Below are positions 51,215 through 61,650 of a stretch of 64,000 nt of DNA, piece after piece. Position numbers and translations under genes: made by a program. The notes under the pieces were generated by a model. The model saw only the letters and a program-made list of their open reading frames with translations. It was not told where the DNA came from and did no database searches. This DNA comes from Eledone cirrhosa (taxonomy: Eukaryota). The stretch's first letter is position 1, and each line of letters begins with the position of its first letter. The stretch is from contig OZ024742.1 in the NCBI GenBank assembly GCA_964016885.1, positions 295,926,001 to 295,990,000 on the forward strand, in the 5' to 3' direction.

Positions 51215-54200
51215 ATAAAATACGACTTGTCCTCAATAGAACTACGGTGACAGTAATATCTGCGTACGCACCCCAATCTGGACTGCCCGGCACTATAAAA
51301 GACAGATTCTATGAGACACTGATGCTAACTACCTCCTAAATATCCGACAGTGACTATATAATTATCGCAGGCGACCTAAATGGTCACGTTGGACAACATT
51401 GTGACGGCTACGACGAAATCCATGGAGGCTATGGGTTTGGTACTAGAAATGAGGAAGGCTCCAGAATCCTGGAATTCTGTGATGCAAATAACCTAACTAT
51501 CTGTAACACTAACTTCAAAAAACGTGACAATCACCTGATCACCTATAGATCCGGGGAACACACAAGCCAGGTAGATTATATCCTTACCAGAAGACGTGAC
51601 AGAGTGTCTGTTGTAAACACTAAATCCCTCCCCCATGAAGAATGCACCTCCCAACATAGACTGATAATTAGCGACCTCATAGTCAGGACGAGACGTACTC
51701 GACAGCAGAAGAGGACTATCCTCAGGAGAAAAATATGGAAGCTAAAGGACCCCACAGCCAGGAATAAATTTCAAAGCATATTACTTGATGCTTTCGACAG
51801 TAAGGAAGAACATTTAGAGTCGGACAATATAGAGGGAGAGTGGGAATTTCTGAAAGCAAACCTGCTGTTGGCGACAGACGAAGTCTGTGGCTGGAGCAGG
51901 CCTGTAGGCAGGAGGAGAGTAACATGGTGGTGGAACAGTAAGGTGGAGGGGTCAATTAAGGCCAAAAAGCAGGCTTGGAAAGTATGGCGGGATGGGGGAA
52001 GTAGAGAGGACTATCAAGTGGCCAGGAGGGAAGCTAGGAGACAAGTGTACTTAGCAAGAAGGGAAGCTGAGGAAAGAAAGTTCAAGCATGTTCTACAACG
52101 CGATGACCAAAAACGTGAGGTGTTCAGGATTGCTAGGCAATGCGTCAAGGAAAACCGTGATATTGTCGGGGAGAAGTGTGTACTAAACGACGATGGCACA
52201 CTTGCCATCACCGACGCTGATAAGAAGGTAGCTTGGAAGTGTCACTATGAAAGGCTACTAAATGAGGAGAATAAATGGGAGAAAGACAGTCTCCCCCATA
52301 TCGACCCAATAGAGGGACCAGCAGTGTTAGTCGAGGGGAGTATAATAAGTAAGGCAATCAAGGATATGAAGACGGGTAAGGCGGCTGGGCCTTCGGAAAT
52401 AGTTGCTGAGATGCTGAAGGCATCTGGCACGGTGGGACACACCATGGTCACCCGCATAGTTAACCAAGTCGTACAGAATGGGGTTGTTCCGAAGGACTGG
52501 CATAGCAGCATCATCGTTAACTGTTATAAGGGTAAAGGAGACGCCCTAGATAGGAGTAACTATAGAGGCATTAAATTAATCGACCAGGTCATGAAGGTCA
52601 CGGAAAAAGTAATAGCGCAACTAATCAGAGAGAGAATTGACCTAGATGAAATGCAGTTCGGGTTTGTGTCAGGCAAAAGTACCACAGACGCTCTTTTCAT
52701 AGTACGACAACTACAGGAGAAGTACCTAGCTAAAGGTAAACCCCTCTACTTAGCTTTTGTCGACTTGGAGAAAGCCTTCGACAGAGTCCCCCGCTCCATT
52801 ATCTGGTGGGCTCTTAGAAAACTAGGCGTTGACGAATGGCTTGTGAGGGCTATACAAGCCATGTATAAAGAAACAGTCAGCAAGGTTAGAATTAACAACG
52901 AATATAGTGAAGAGTTTAGCGTAAAAGTTGGCGTCCATCAGGGCTCTGTTCTCAGCCCACTACTATTTATTATTGCCCTTCAGGCTATAACAGAGGAGTT
53001 CAAGACAGGCTGCCCATGGGAACTCCTATACGCAGACGACCTGACACTCATAGCGGAATCAATGGCCGAGCTAGAGAAGAAATTCCAAACATGGAAGCAC
53101 GGCCTAGAGTCAAAAGGACTTAAAATTAACCTGGCTAAGACCAAAGTACTAGTTTGTAGGAAAGAAAACAAGGCGGCGGTCCCTTCTGGGAAATGGTCGT
53201 GCTCGGTGTGTAGGAAAGGCGTAGGTAGAAACTCCATTTTATGTCCTAAATGCAAAGTATGGGTGCATAAAAGATGTAGTGGGATCACAGGTAAGCTAAC
53301 TAAGAACATAGATTTTACATTTGGCCGGTGCTCTGGTGCAATAAGTAGCAGCAAGTGCCCACAAAATACTAGCTCTTTCAATTGCGCAGAGGGTTCTATA
53401 GAAATAGTGGACAGCTTCCGTTACCTGGGCGATAAAATCAGCAGTGGGGGAGGGTGCTCTGAAAGTACTGTAGCTAGAGTCAGAACTGGTTGGAAAAAGT
53501 TCAGAGAGCTTATACCACTATTAGCTGCTAAAGGGTTCTCACTAAAAATGAAAGGCAGGTTGTACGATGCCTGCATACGAACAGCAATGCTGCATGGCAG
53601 TGAGACCTGGGCATTGTGTGCAGAGGATATACGCAGACTAGAGAGGAACGAAGCTTGCATGCTCCGCTGGATGTGTAACAGTAATATACGTGAACGGCAA
53701 AGCATAAACGAACTAAGGAAAAAATTAGAGATAAGAGGGATCAGATGTTGTTTACTCGAGAGAAGGCTACGTTGGTATGGACACGTGATGCGCATGAAAG
53801 TCGATAGCTGTATAACAAAGTGCAGGGCAATAAAGATAGACGGTAGTCACGGAATAGGCAGACCTAGAAAAACCTGGGACGAGCTGATAAACTCCGACAT
53901 CACACACTTACACCTCTCCAAGACAATGTCACTGGACCGAGACCTTTGGCGGTACTCAGTAACAGAGAAGACCCGCCTTACCTAAATATATAGTAAAACC
54001 TACTCCAGCCAGTAGGCATCTCTAACAAAATACACCCCGTCCCACCACCACCACCCCCACCCCATCCACACCACCCCGTTCTATGTAAAGTTATGTTGGT
54101 GCCGCGCCATCGAGGCCGAAACAAATGAGATCGTGTAGGTGTCACGACAAAAAAACACACAGTCCACGCTGTAATGTGGCCGTGTAGGCAACACGGTAAA

Positions 54201-54380
54201 AACCTCCCAGACCCACACTGTAAATGTGATTGGTGTTAGGAAGGGCATCCAACTGTAGAAAACCTGCCAGACAGTCCTATGCGAGCAAGACAATCACTCT
54301 TGCCTCAAGTGGGACTACCCCCGTCCAAACCCATGCAAGCGTGGAACACGGACGTTAAACGTTGATGATGATGATGATGA
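51215..54380 (+). mobile_element. RTE-clade LINE, subfamily A, 5'-truncated inside the endonuclease
   Basis: APE, RT and C-terminal domains, 3'UTR and (GAT)n tail; the 5' end abuts (TA)n. Confidence 0.97.
51217..53985 (+). pseudogene. RTE ORF (partial APE endonuclease, reverse transcriptase, PHD finger, C-terminal domain), one in-frame stop at 51337-51339
   Basis: The frame continues upstream of the listed 51604 ORF: ISAYAPQSG..AGDLNGHVG..RNEEGSRILEFC..QVDYIL..SQHRL; RT motifs FVDLEKAFD, QGSVLSP, YADD. Confidence 0.93.
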
Positions 54381-54518
54381 TACAAGCAAATTATAAACGT
54401 AAACATGTAAGTATGCTTTTGAAACGGTGCGCGAGTTTGAAATTAGAAATTATAAGCTTTCACCGTATTTTAGACTAAAGAAATTTCTAGCCCTCGGAGA
54501 AATGGAAAAAGATGAGTG

Positions 54519-54590
54519 TGGCCGTACATGGGAGTTGAACCCACATCTTTGGTTATCCAGACCACTGTGCTACCATTACACCAATACACA
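54519..54590 (-). ncRNA. tRNA-like Pol III module (left copy; not a canonical tRNA)
   Basis: Reverse complement of 56659-56730 with few substitutions. Confidence 0.55.
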
Positions 54591-54710
54591 TCCCATCTCC
54601 TTCCATTCGAATTAGAAGCTATGAACTTAGCAAGTGAATGATAAACAAGCAAATTATAAACGTAAACATGTAAGTATGTTTCATAGCTTCTAATTCGAAT
54701 GGAAGGAGAT

Positions 54711-56639
54711 CATCATCATCATCACCGTTTTACGTCCGTTCTTCCACGCTAGCATGGGTTAGACGGGTTGTCCTGTTGTGGGCAGTGTCTGGTCGGCTGA
54801 CCATGCCTTGCTCATACAGGAACTGATTTGGCTTGATTTCTACAGCCGGATGCCCTTCCTAACACCAACTTCATTTACAGTGAGTGCTGGGTGCTTTTTC
54901 GTGGCGCCTACACGTCCACTTTACAGTGTGGGCTGGGTGCTTTTTTGCCGTGGCACCTCCACGACCACCTTGCGGTGGGGGGGTGGGGGCATATTGTCTA
55001 TATGCTTCAGCTTGTACCCATGGGAGGTCGGGTACTCTGTATTACTGCGTGACGCCAGAGGTCACAGTCGTGTGTCATTGCCTTTGAGAGGTGTAATTGG
55101 GTAAGGTCGGCTTTTATCACCTCATCCCAGGTCTTCTTGGGTCTCCCCACTCCGCGGTTTCCATCAACTTCTAGTGCTCTGCACCTTTTTATGCAGCTGA
55201 CATCCTTCATACGCATCACATGTCCATACCAGCGCAACCACCTCTCCTGCACACAGCATTTGATTCCTCTTATGTTCAGTCTCTCTCTCAATTCATTTAT
55301 GCTTTGTTGTTCACGTATATTACTGTTACACATCCATTGGAGCATGCAGGCTTCGTTTCTCTCTAATCTACGTAAGTTTTCCAACTTCAGCGCCCAGGTC
55401 TCACTACCATGCAATATTGCTGTTCGGATACACGCATCATACAGTCTGCCTTTCATTCTGAGGGAGAAGCCTTTTGCAGCTAGCAGTGGTAGTAGTTCCC
55501 TAAACTTCTTCCATCCCGTTCTTACCCTAGTTATTGTACTTTCTGAACACCCACCTCCGCTGCTAATTCGGTCACCTAGGTAGCAGAAGCTGTCTACTGT
55601 TTCTACAGAGCCCTCCCAGAGATTGGTGGTACTTGTTTCCTGTGGCTGTTTGCTGCTTGCTGTCTCAGCACAGCTGCTGCATGTGAAGCCTACATTCTTA
55701 ATTAAGCTTCCTGAGATCCTGCTACATCTCTTGTGTGCCCATTGTTTGCATTTGGAGCAGAGAATGGAGTTCCTACCTACACCTTTCCTACATACTGAGC
55801 AAGGCCATTTCCCTGAGGGGATCTGGGTTCTTTTTTTTCGTCTACTTACAAGGAGCTTAGTCTTTGTCATGTTGACTTTGAGACCCTTTCTTTCTAGTCC
55901 CTGCTTCCAAGTTTGGAATTTCTTCTCTAGTTCTACCATAGATTCAGCTATAAGTGCGAGGTCATCAGCATACAGGAGTTCCCACGGGCATCCGGTCTTA
56001 AACTCCTCCGTTATTGCCTGCAGGACTATGATGAACAGGAGTGGGCTAAGAACAGAGCCCTGGTGGACCCCAACCTGTACTCTAAATTCCTCGCTATACT
56101 CATTGCTAATCCTAACTTTGCTGACTGCTCCCCTATACATGGCTTGTACCGCTTTCACAAGCCATTCATCTACTCCTAGTTTTCTAAGAGCCGACCAGAT
56201 TACAGCACGTGGAACTCTGTCAAAGGCTTTGTCAAGGTTGGCAAATGCCAAGTAGAGTGGCTTATTTTTAGCTAGGTACTTTTCCTGTAACTGCCTCACA
56301 AGGAAGAGGGCATCAGTGGTGCCTCTTCCTGGTACAAACCCAAATTGCATCTCGTCTATTTTCACCCGGTCCCTAATCAACTGTGCTATAACTCTTTCTG
56401 TTACTTTCATGACCTGGTCCATCAGCTTTATACCTCTATAGTTTCCTCTATCTAGTGCATCGCCTTTACCTTTGTAGCAGTTGACAATGATGCTACTGCA
56501 CCAATCTTTTGGTATGACACCTTCTAGTATTACCTGGTTAACAATACGTGTGGTTATAGTGTGACCTACAGACCCAGATGCCTTCAGCATCTCGGCAGCT
56601 ATACCCGATGGACCGGTTGCCTTTCCATCTTCATATCTT
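54711..56639 (-). mobile_element. RTE-clade LINE, subfamily B, 5'-truncated
   Basis: 527-aa open frame 55007-56590 with RT motifs and PHD-like finger; 3'UTR and (GAT)n tail; agat repeated at both junctions. Confidence 0.96.
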
Positions 56640-56658
56640 CATGTATTTATAGATGGGA

Positions 56659-56730
56659 TGTGTATTGGCGTAATGGTAGCACAGTGGTCTGGATAACCAA
56701 AGATGTGGGTTCGACTCCCATGTACGGCCA
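56659..56730 (+). ncRNA. tRNA-like Pol III module (right copy)
   Basis: A box TGGCGTAATGG, tggt/acca stem with 7-nt loop, gtggg-TTCGACT-cccat T arm, imperfect acceptor stem, T5 at 56739-56743. Confidence 0.6.
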
Positions 56731-56870
56731 CACTCATCTTTTTCCATTTCTCCGAGGGTTATAAACCCCACTATCAGGCTAGAAATTTCTTTAGTCTAAA
56801 ATAGGGTGAAAGCTTATAATTTCTAATTTCTAATATATATATATAATATATATATATATATATACATTTG

Positions 56871-57138
56871 ATAATGGAAAATGAAGGAAATTCCTTGGTA
56901 CAGTAAGGTATATTTGAAAAAGAGAAGAATGAATTCAGTGGTGGTTGGTGTTCTTTAATAGTTCAAATCTTTACAATAAGTCATTATTGATATTAGTTCT
57001 GAACTAATATCAATAATGAATTACTGTAAAGATTTGAACTATTAAAGAACAAATGAACATTAACCACCAGTGAAGTCATTCTTCTCATTTTTCAAATATA
57101 TCTTACTGAACAAAGGAATTTCTTCCATTTCTCACTAT
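56871..57138. repeat. ~130-bp-arm palindrome centred on 57000
   Basis: ..tattgatattagttc-t-gaactaatatcaata..; arms pair outward to ggaaaatgaaggaaattcc / ggaatttcttccatttc; microsatellites on both sides. Confidence 0.9.
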
Positions 57139-57324
57139 ACACACACATATATATATATGTGTGTGTCACATGACACCGTACATAAATGAGACACAGATCA
57201 CTGGCCTGTCTGGGAGATCAGTAGCCCTGCTCCAGTACTGACTTTCTCTATGTAGACCTGTCTAACCCTTGCTAGCAGGGAAAGCAGACATTAAAATGAT
57301 GTTGACGCACACACACATATATGC

Positions 57325-57356
<32 letters not shown>

Positions 57357-57359
57357 AAA

Positions 57360-58256
57360 AATTTACGAAATGGAAATGCGGGTATATAGAATTTATTAGG
57401 TAACAATTGTTTCTATAGTGTATGAGTTACCTATACCTCGCTATTTGAATAATACACAAATATTATCAAAAACCGAAAGTACACTGTAAGCCAACACACC
57501 ATGTCATCAGACCTTTGTATTAGAATGATATGAAAATATTTTATACACTAGATAAAAGATAAAGAAGGAGGTAGGAAGAGAAGGGGAAGAGGGAAGTGAG
57601 TAAGGTGGAGGGAGTCTTAGGGTTTAAGACTGTCAGACTAGTAGAGATTGTGAAGAGAGAATGTTTTGGCAGCAGTTAGCTTAATGAGGCGTGCTAAGGT
57701 TGGCTGGGAAGTAGATACTTCTAGTGGTGTTGTTCGGACAAAATTTAGTTAGAGGGGTCAAAGTGGTACAATGTCACAGACAAGTTATTAGGGCTATTAT
57801 AGTAGCAGGTTATTTCTAAAGGGGTCCAGAAAAACAGTGTTTAGTACTATTATTATAGAAAGCCATATCTAGTGTATAAACATATAAGACAGAAATTTGC
57901 AAACGTTGGTGTAAAAAGGTAACATTATATGCATTTAAAAAAAGAAAAAGTCGTTTTCAAACGATGGTTACAGTATAGAGAACGTTCAATTTTGCTGTTC
58001 AAAAGTTTGTTTACCGACGTTAAAATGCAGTATATCTCTAAATTGCATAACTTGCAGAATCGATGATTTTGCTGATATGCAGGCGCAGCTGCAATAATTT
58101 GCCAATCAAGGGAGAACGCTTGATTGTTCCTCCGAAGCTGCCAGGCTTTATCGGCGAGGGTTGTTACGGAGCGCATTTTCTCGTGCCTGATCGAAGATCG
58201 ATGTTGGTATAGGCGAGCCTTGAAAGAAGTTGCGGTACATCCAACGTATATATATA
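57360..58256 (-). mobile_element. Penelope-like element 3' part (GIY-YIG endonuclease, probably Naiad-type) with 3'UTR and hammerhead
   Basis: Frame IYVGCTATSFKARLYQHRSSIRHEKMRSVTTLADKAWQL..DWQII..FCKLCNLEIYCI..LLNSKIE..CNHR (stop at 57925); truncated at a TA run. Confidence 0.88.
57398..57514 (-). ncRNA. Type I hammerhead ribozyme with ~90-nt stem-loop II
   Basis: aggt-CTGATGA-catggtgt..acactata-GAAA-caattg-tt-acct followed immediately by AATAAA. Confidence 0.75.
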
Positions 58257-58923
58257 TATTGTTATACTTGGGAGGGTCATATTTGTGTAATATTGCCAGA
58301 ATTAATAACAGAACACACTCACTGTTGGTTGGTTTTCGCTTCGTTGTCTTTTATATCGGTAAACAGCTAAACAGAAAAAATGAATGGAATAACAACAACA
58401 CCCAAACAAACAACACTGACCTAAGAAAAGTATAAATAGATAGATAGATAAATAAATACACAAGCACAATAACAACAAACACATATAAATACACACTAGT
58501 AAACTAAGATAGAATACATTAACCAATACACAGTCACCCAAACAAGAACACACATCAAACAAAACACTATACGCAAACGCATGCACAGAGAAGACAAAAA
58601 AATAAACAAATAAATAAATAAATAAACAGACTAAATAAAGATGGCGTAAACATACAATGCAACGGGAGGAAACAATAGCAACACTGACGATGTTGCAGAT
58701 GTGCAGCGAAAGAACTTTGATAGACTATATATATGTGTTTGTGTCTATATTGTATCTGTATTTTTGACCATTGGTCAGTCAATGGCAACATTGAGAACCG
58801 AATAAATTAAATTAACCAATATAAAAGACGCAGAAGCGAAAACCAACCAAACAGTGAGTGTGTTCTGTTATTAATTCTGGCAATATTATTACACAAATAT
58901 GACCCTCCCCAAGTATAACAATA
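58257..58923. repeat. ~105-bp inverted repeats enclosing a Penelope-like 3' segment
   Basis: 58257-58360 is the reverse complement of 58815-58923. Confidence 0.85.
58684..58720 (+). ncRNA. Minimal type I hammerhead motif
   Basis: CTGACGA-t-gttgca-gatg-tgcagc-GAAA-gaactt; stem I degenerate; AATAAA at 58801. Confidence 0.55.
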
Positions 58924-59056
58924 TTTGTTTCGACACACGATTTCATATCAAAAACTTCGCAAAACTATATATATATATATACATAAGTAAACTCATGAAG
59001 AGCATTAAATGAATGTGTAAATATATTGGTTGTTATAGGTTTCAAATTTTTATCAG

Positions 59057-59093
59057 TTTGATTCAAGAAAGCATACTCTCTGCAATTAGAGGA
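59057..59093 (+). other. Candidate 37-nt micro-exon
   Basis: tttttatcag acceptor, GGA|gtgagt donor; open frame LIQESILSAIRG. Confidence 0.3.
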
Positions 59094-59474
59094 GTGAGTA
59101 ATTTTCCTTTTCCAAACAGGTTGTTGATTATATGGATAAACTGAAGCTTATGTACAATATATAAATAAATGTATATACTATATAATGCAATATATATGCA
59201 TGGCCAGGTAAATGTACTGGTTTGAGATGGCTGCTACAATGAAGTGTGAATACAAGAAGCTTAGTTATATAGTTTATATACACATATATTTATCAGATGA
59301 CAAGTTGGAAATTCTAGAATGTGATATGCATAACCTGGTTAGTGTAAGGGAGGTATTATAGCAAAGGAGTGAAGAGAAAAAAGACGAATTTCTATATATA
59401 TTTACATATGCACATTTGCACATGCATACATCAGTTGATTAGCTGGAATATCTACGTTTAAATCTTTTTTTTTT

Positions 59475-59960
59475 CTCAAATATTTCAAGAATCCTTCATA
59501 TGTCTAAGTGCAGGATTGGGTATATCATAAATGCTAAATAATGTTCACTCTGCCTTCCTGACTGCCCAGGGGTCCTCATTAGAAATTGTATGTAGCCATA
59601 AAGCAGGAGTGTCCTTATCTTACTGTGGCCTTCTTTTTTATTGTGATCAGAAATGCAAGCAGGCTTTGAATATGGCATTTAGACAAGCGTTTGGCTCTTG
59701 TGAGTTCTTTGAATTAAGTCAACATACTGTATTGCAGAGCTTGTATTTCCTGGTTCCATTCCATGAGCCTCCAGTTGATATTATAATCTATGGAGCCGCT
59801 TTTCAATTTTCAGGCATAATTGAAGAGTTTGTTAGGTTTTCTTTTCTATTCAGGGCATGAAATGAGGCTGGTATTATACCTGCTATACAATAAGCTGAAC
59901 ATAGTTTGAAGTTAGTTGACTTGATTGTGGCTTCATAAATTATAGCTTCTGTAGATATAT
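59475..59960 (-). mobile_element. Second, highly decayed Penelope-like GIY-YIG remnant
   Basis: Minus-strand pieces TEAIIYEATIK..KLFNYA*KLKSGSIDYNINWRL..GTRKYKLCN; downstream CTAATGA...GAAA spaced 89 nt. Confidence 0.6.
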
Positions 59961-61489
59961 ATCATAACTTCTGTAAACTCACAAATAACAATAAGTACTG
60001 TATCTTCATTCATAAGTATTCAATCAATTTCTTAAAGAGGTCTGTAAATAATTATATACATCTTTCTTTTATCATTGGTTATTAAATAGATAATGTCTTC
60101 CTTAACAACTTTCTACAACAAAAATCTGAGACATTTATTAATACATTTATCTCAACATAATTACTCCTTCAATATAACACTCTCCATTAACTTTTCATTA
60201 ATTTTCCCTTTTATTACTCTTATACTGAATGTATGTTATTCTCAACTGTGGCCTATGTTACTGTTATGACATATATTATTCTCAACTATGACCTATGTCA
60301 CTTTTATGACTTGGGGGCATGTTTATGACAGAACAAATTGTATAGGATTTTTGTTTATTTTCATTAGTTAAAGGATTATGTGGTCCTCAAGGCTTATTTT
60401 GGTTCAATTCTAATCATTCTCATCATTAACATCATCATCATCACAATCATTATAATCAATATTTTACATCAAGTTTCTATGTTGGCATGGGTTGGATGAG
60501 TTATCATGGTTTTGAGAACCAAGTCTCAATCACATATTTTTGGTATGGTTTCTTTAACTGAATAACACTCTTATCACCAACCACTTTAAAGAATATATTT
60601 GGTGCATTTTATCATGCACCAGCACTAGAGAGATTGTCATGTTCTCAGGAAGAATAACAGATGTTTTTGACACAATGTTGTCTGTTTGATGACTAATCAC
60701 TTTACTGAGTGGACTGGGTGCATTTTATTATGGCACTAACACTAGAGAAGTTGTCATGTCCTCAATAAGAAAGACTAATGAGTCCTTTCAATTGAAGGTT
60801 GTCTCAGTTCATTCACCAACCACTATACATTACAGAATTTAATCATAAATTTCCTACTGAAGTTTTTCTCAATTTTATCTTAATATTAATTTTTTTTTTT
60901 TTTTTACATTAGAAATATTAAAAGAATGACATGAAATATAGAGTTATTGCATCCTACAAAAAATACATTAAAATATAAATATATAAATATTAATTTACTT
61001 ACCAGCTTTTGATTTTGTGTGTAAACTATTTTATTTGGAGAAACAAATTTCATTTGATCTTCTTACAGAAGTTGTTTTCTGTTAGTTTTTATTTTGTGTT
61101 TTTGAAATGAATCATTTTCTTTTATGTTATTTAAAAGTTATTTTCTAACAGGTAGTTGATTATATGAGTGTTCTTGAAAGAAATCTTAGTATTTTTTAAT
61201 AGATTAAATACATGCAATATATGTTATTTGCAATATTAAGAAAATTATAATTTTTTTTCTAAACACTTAATACATTTTATATTGTATATTAAGTTATTTT
61301 CATCATAACTTGAATTTGAAATGTAAAAATTATTTTAGATTGGGAATTGATCAAGTTGTTAAGTATCAAATTAAATTTACATCACCTCATAGACCCTCTC
61401 TGCCTTATTCGCAATGATCCAGAGACAAGCTGAAACAAAATATTTAATGTCAATAAAGACTGCTGATGGATGACCTCAAGGATATGCTT

Positions 61490-61650
61490 CACACATGATG
61501 CATGCAATGGTACAGCCATGTTGAGCGCTGTGCGGGCTGGATCAGCAAGGTGATGAATGTCAATCCAGGAGGCAGTAGAGGCCCAGGAAGACCAAAAAGG
61601 ACTTGGGTGGAGGATGATCATCGAGATCAAGCTAGGCCTGACTCAAGTGA
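61490..61650 (+). mobile_element. Old RTE C-terminal fragment
   Basis: MQWYSHVER..GGSRGPGRPKRTW. Confidence 0.7.

Larger units (their letters stand above)
54383..56832. mobile_element. Fold-back element with two inverted tRNA-like modules, interrupted by RTE-B
   Basis: Left arm 54440-54627 is the reverse complement of the right arm (54679-54710 plus 56651-56830); 33-bp direct repeat 54383-54415/54646-54678. Confidence 0.75.

Noticed and set aside
50956-51276. Pair of near-identical ORFs on opposite strands
   Set aside because: A by-product of the palindrome and the TA microsatellite (YIYIYI).
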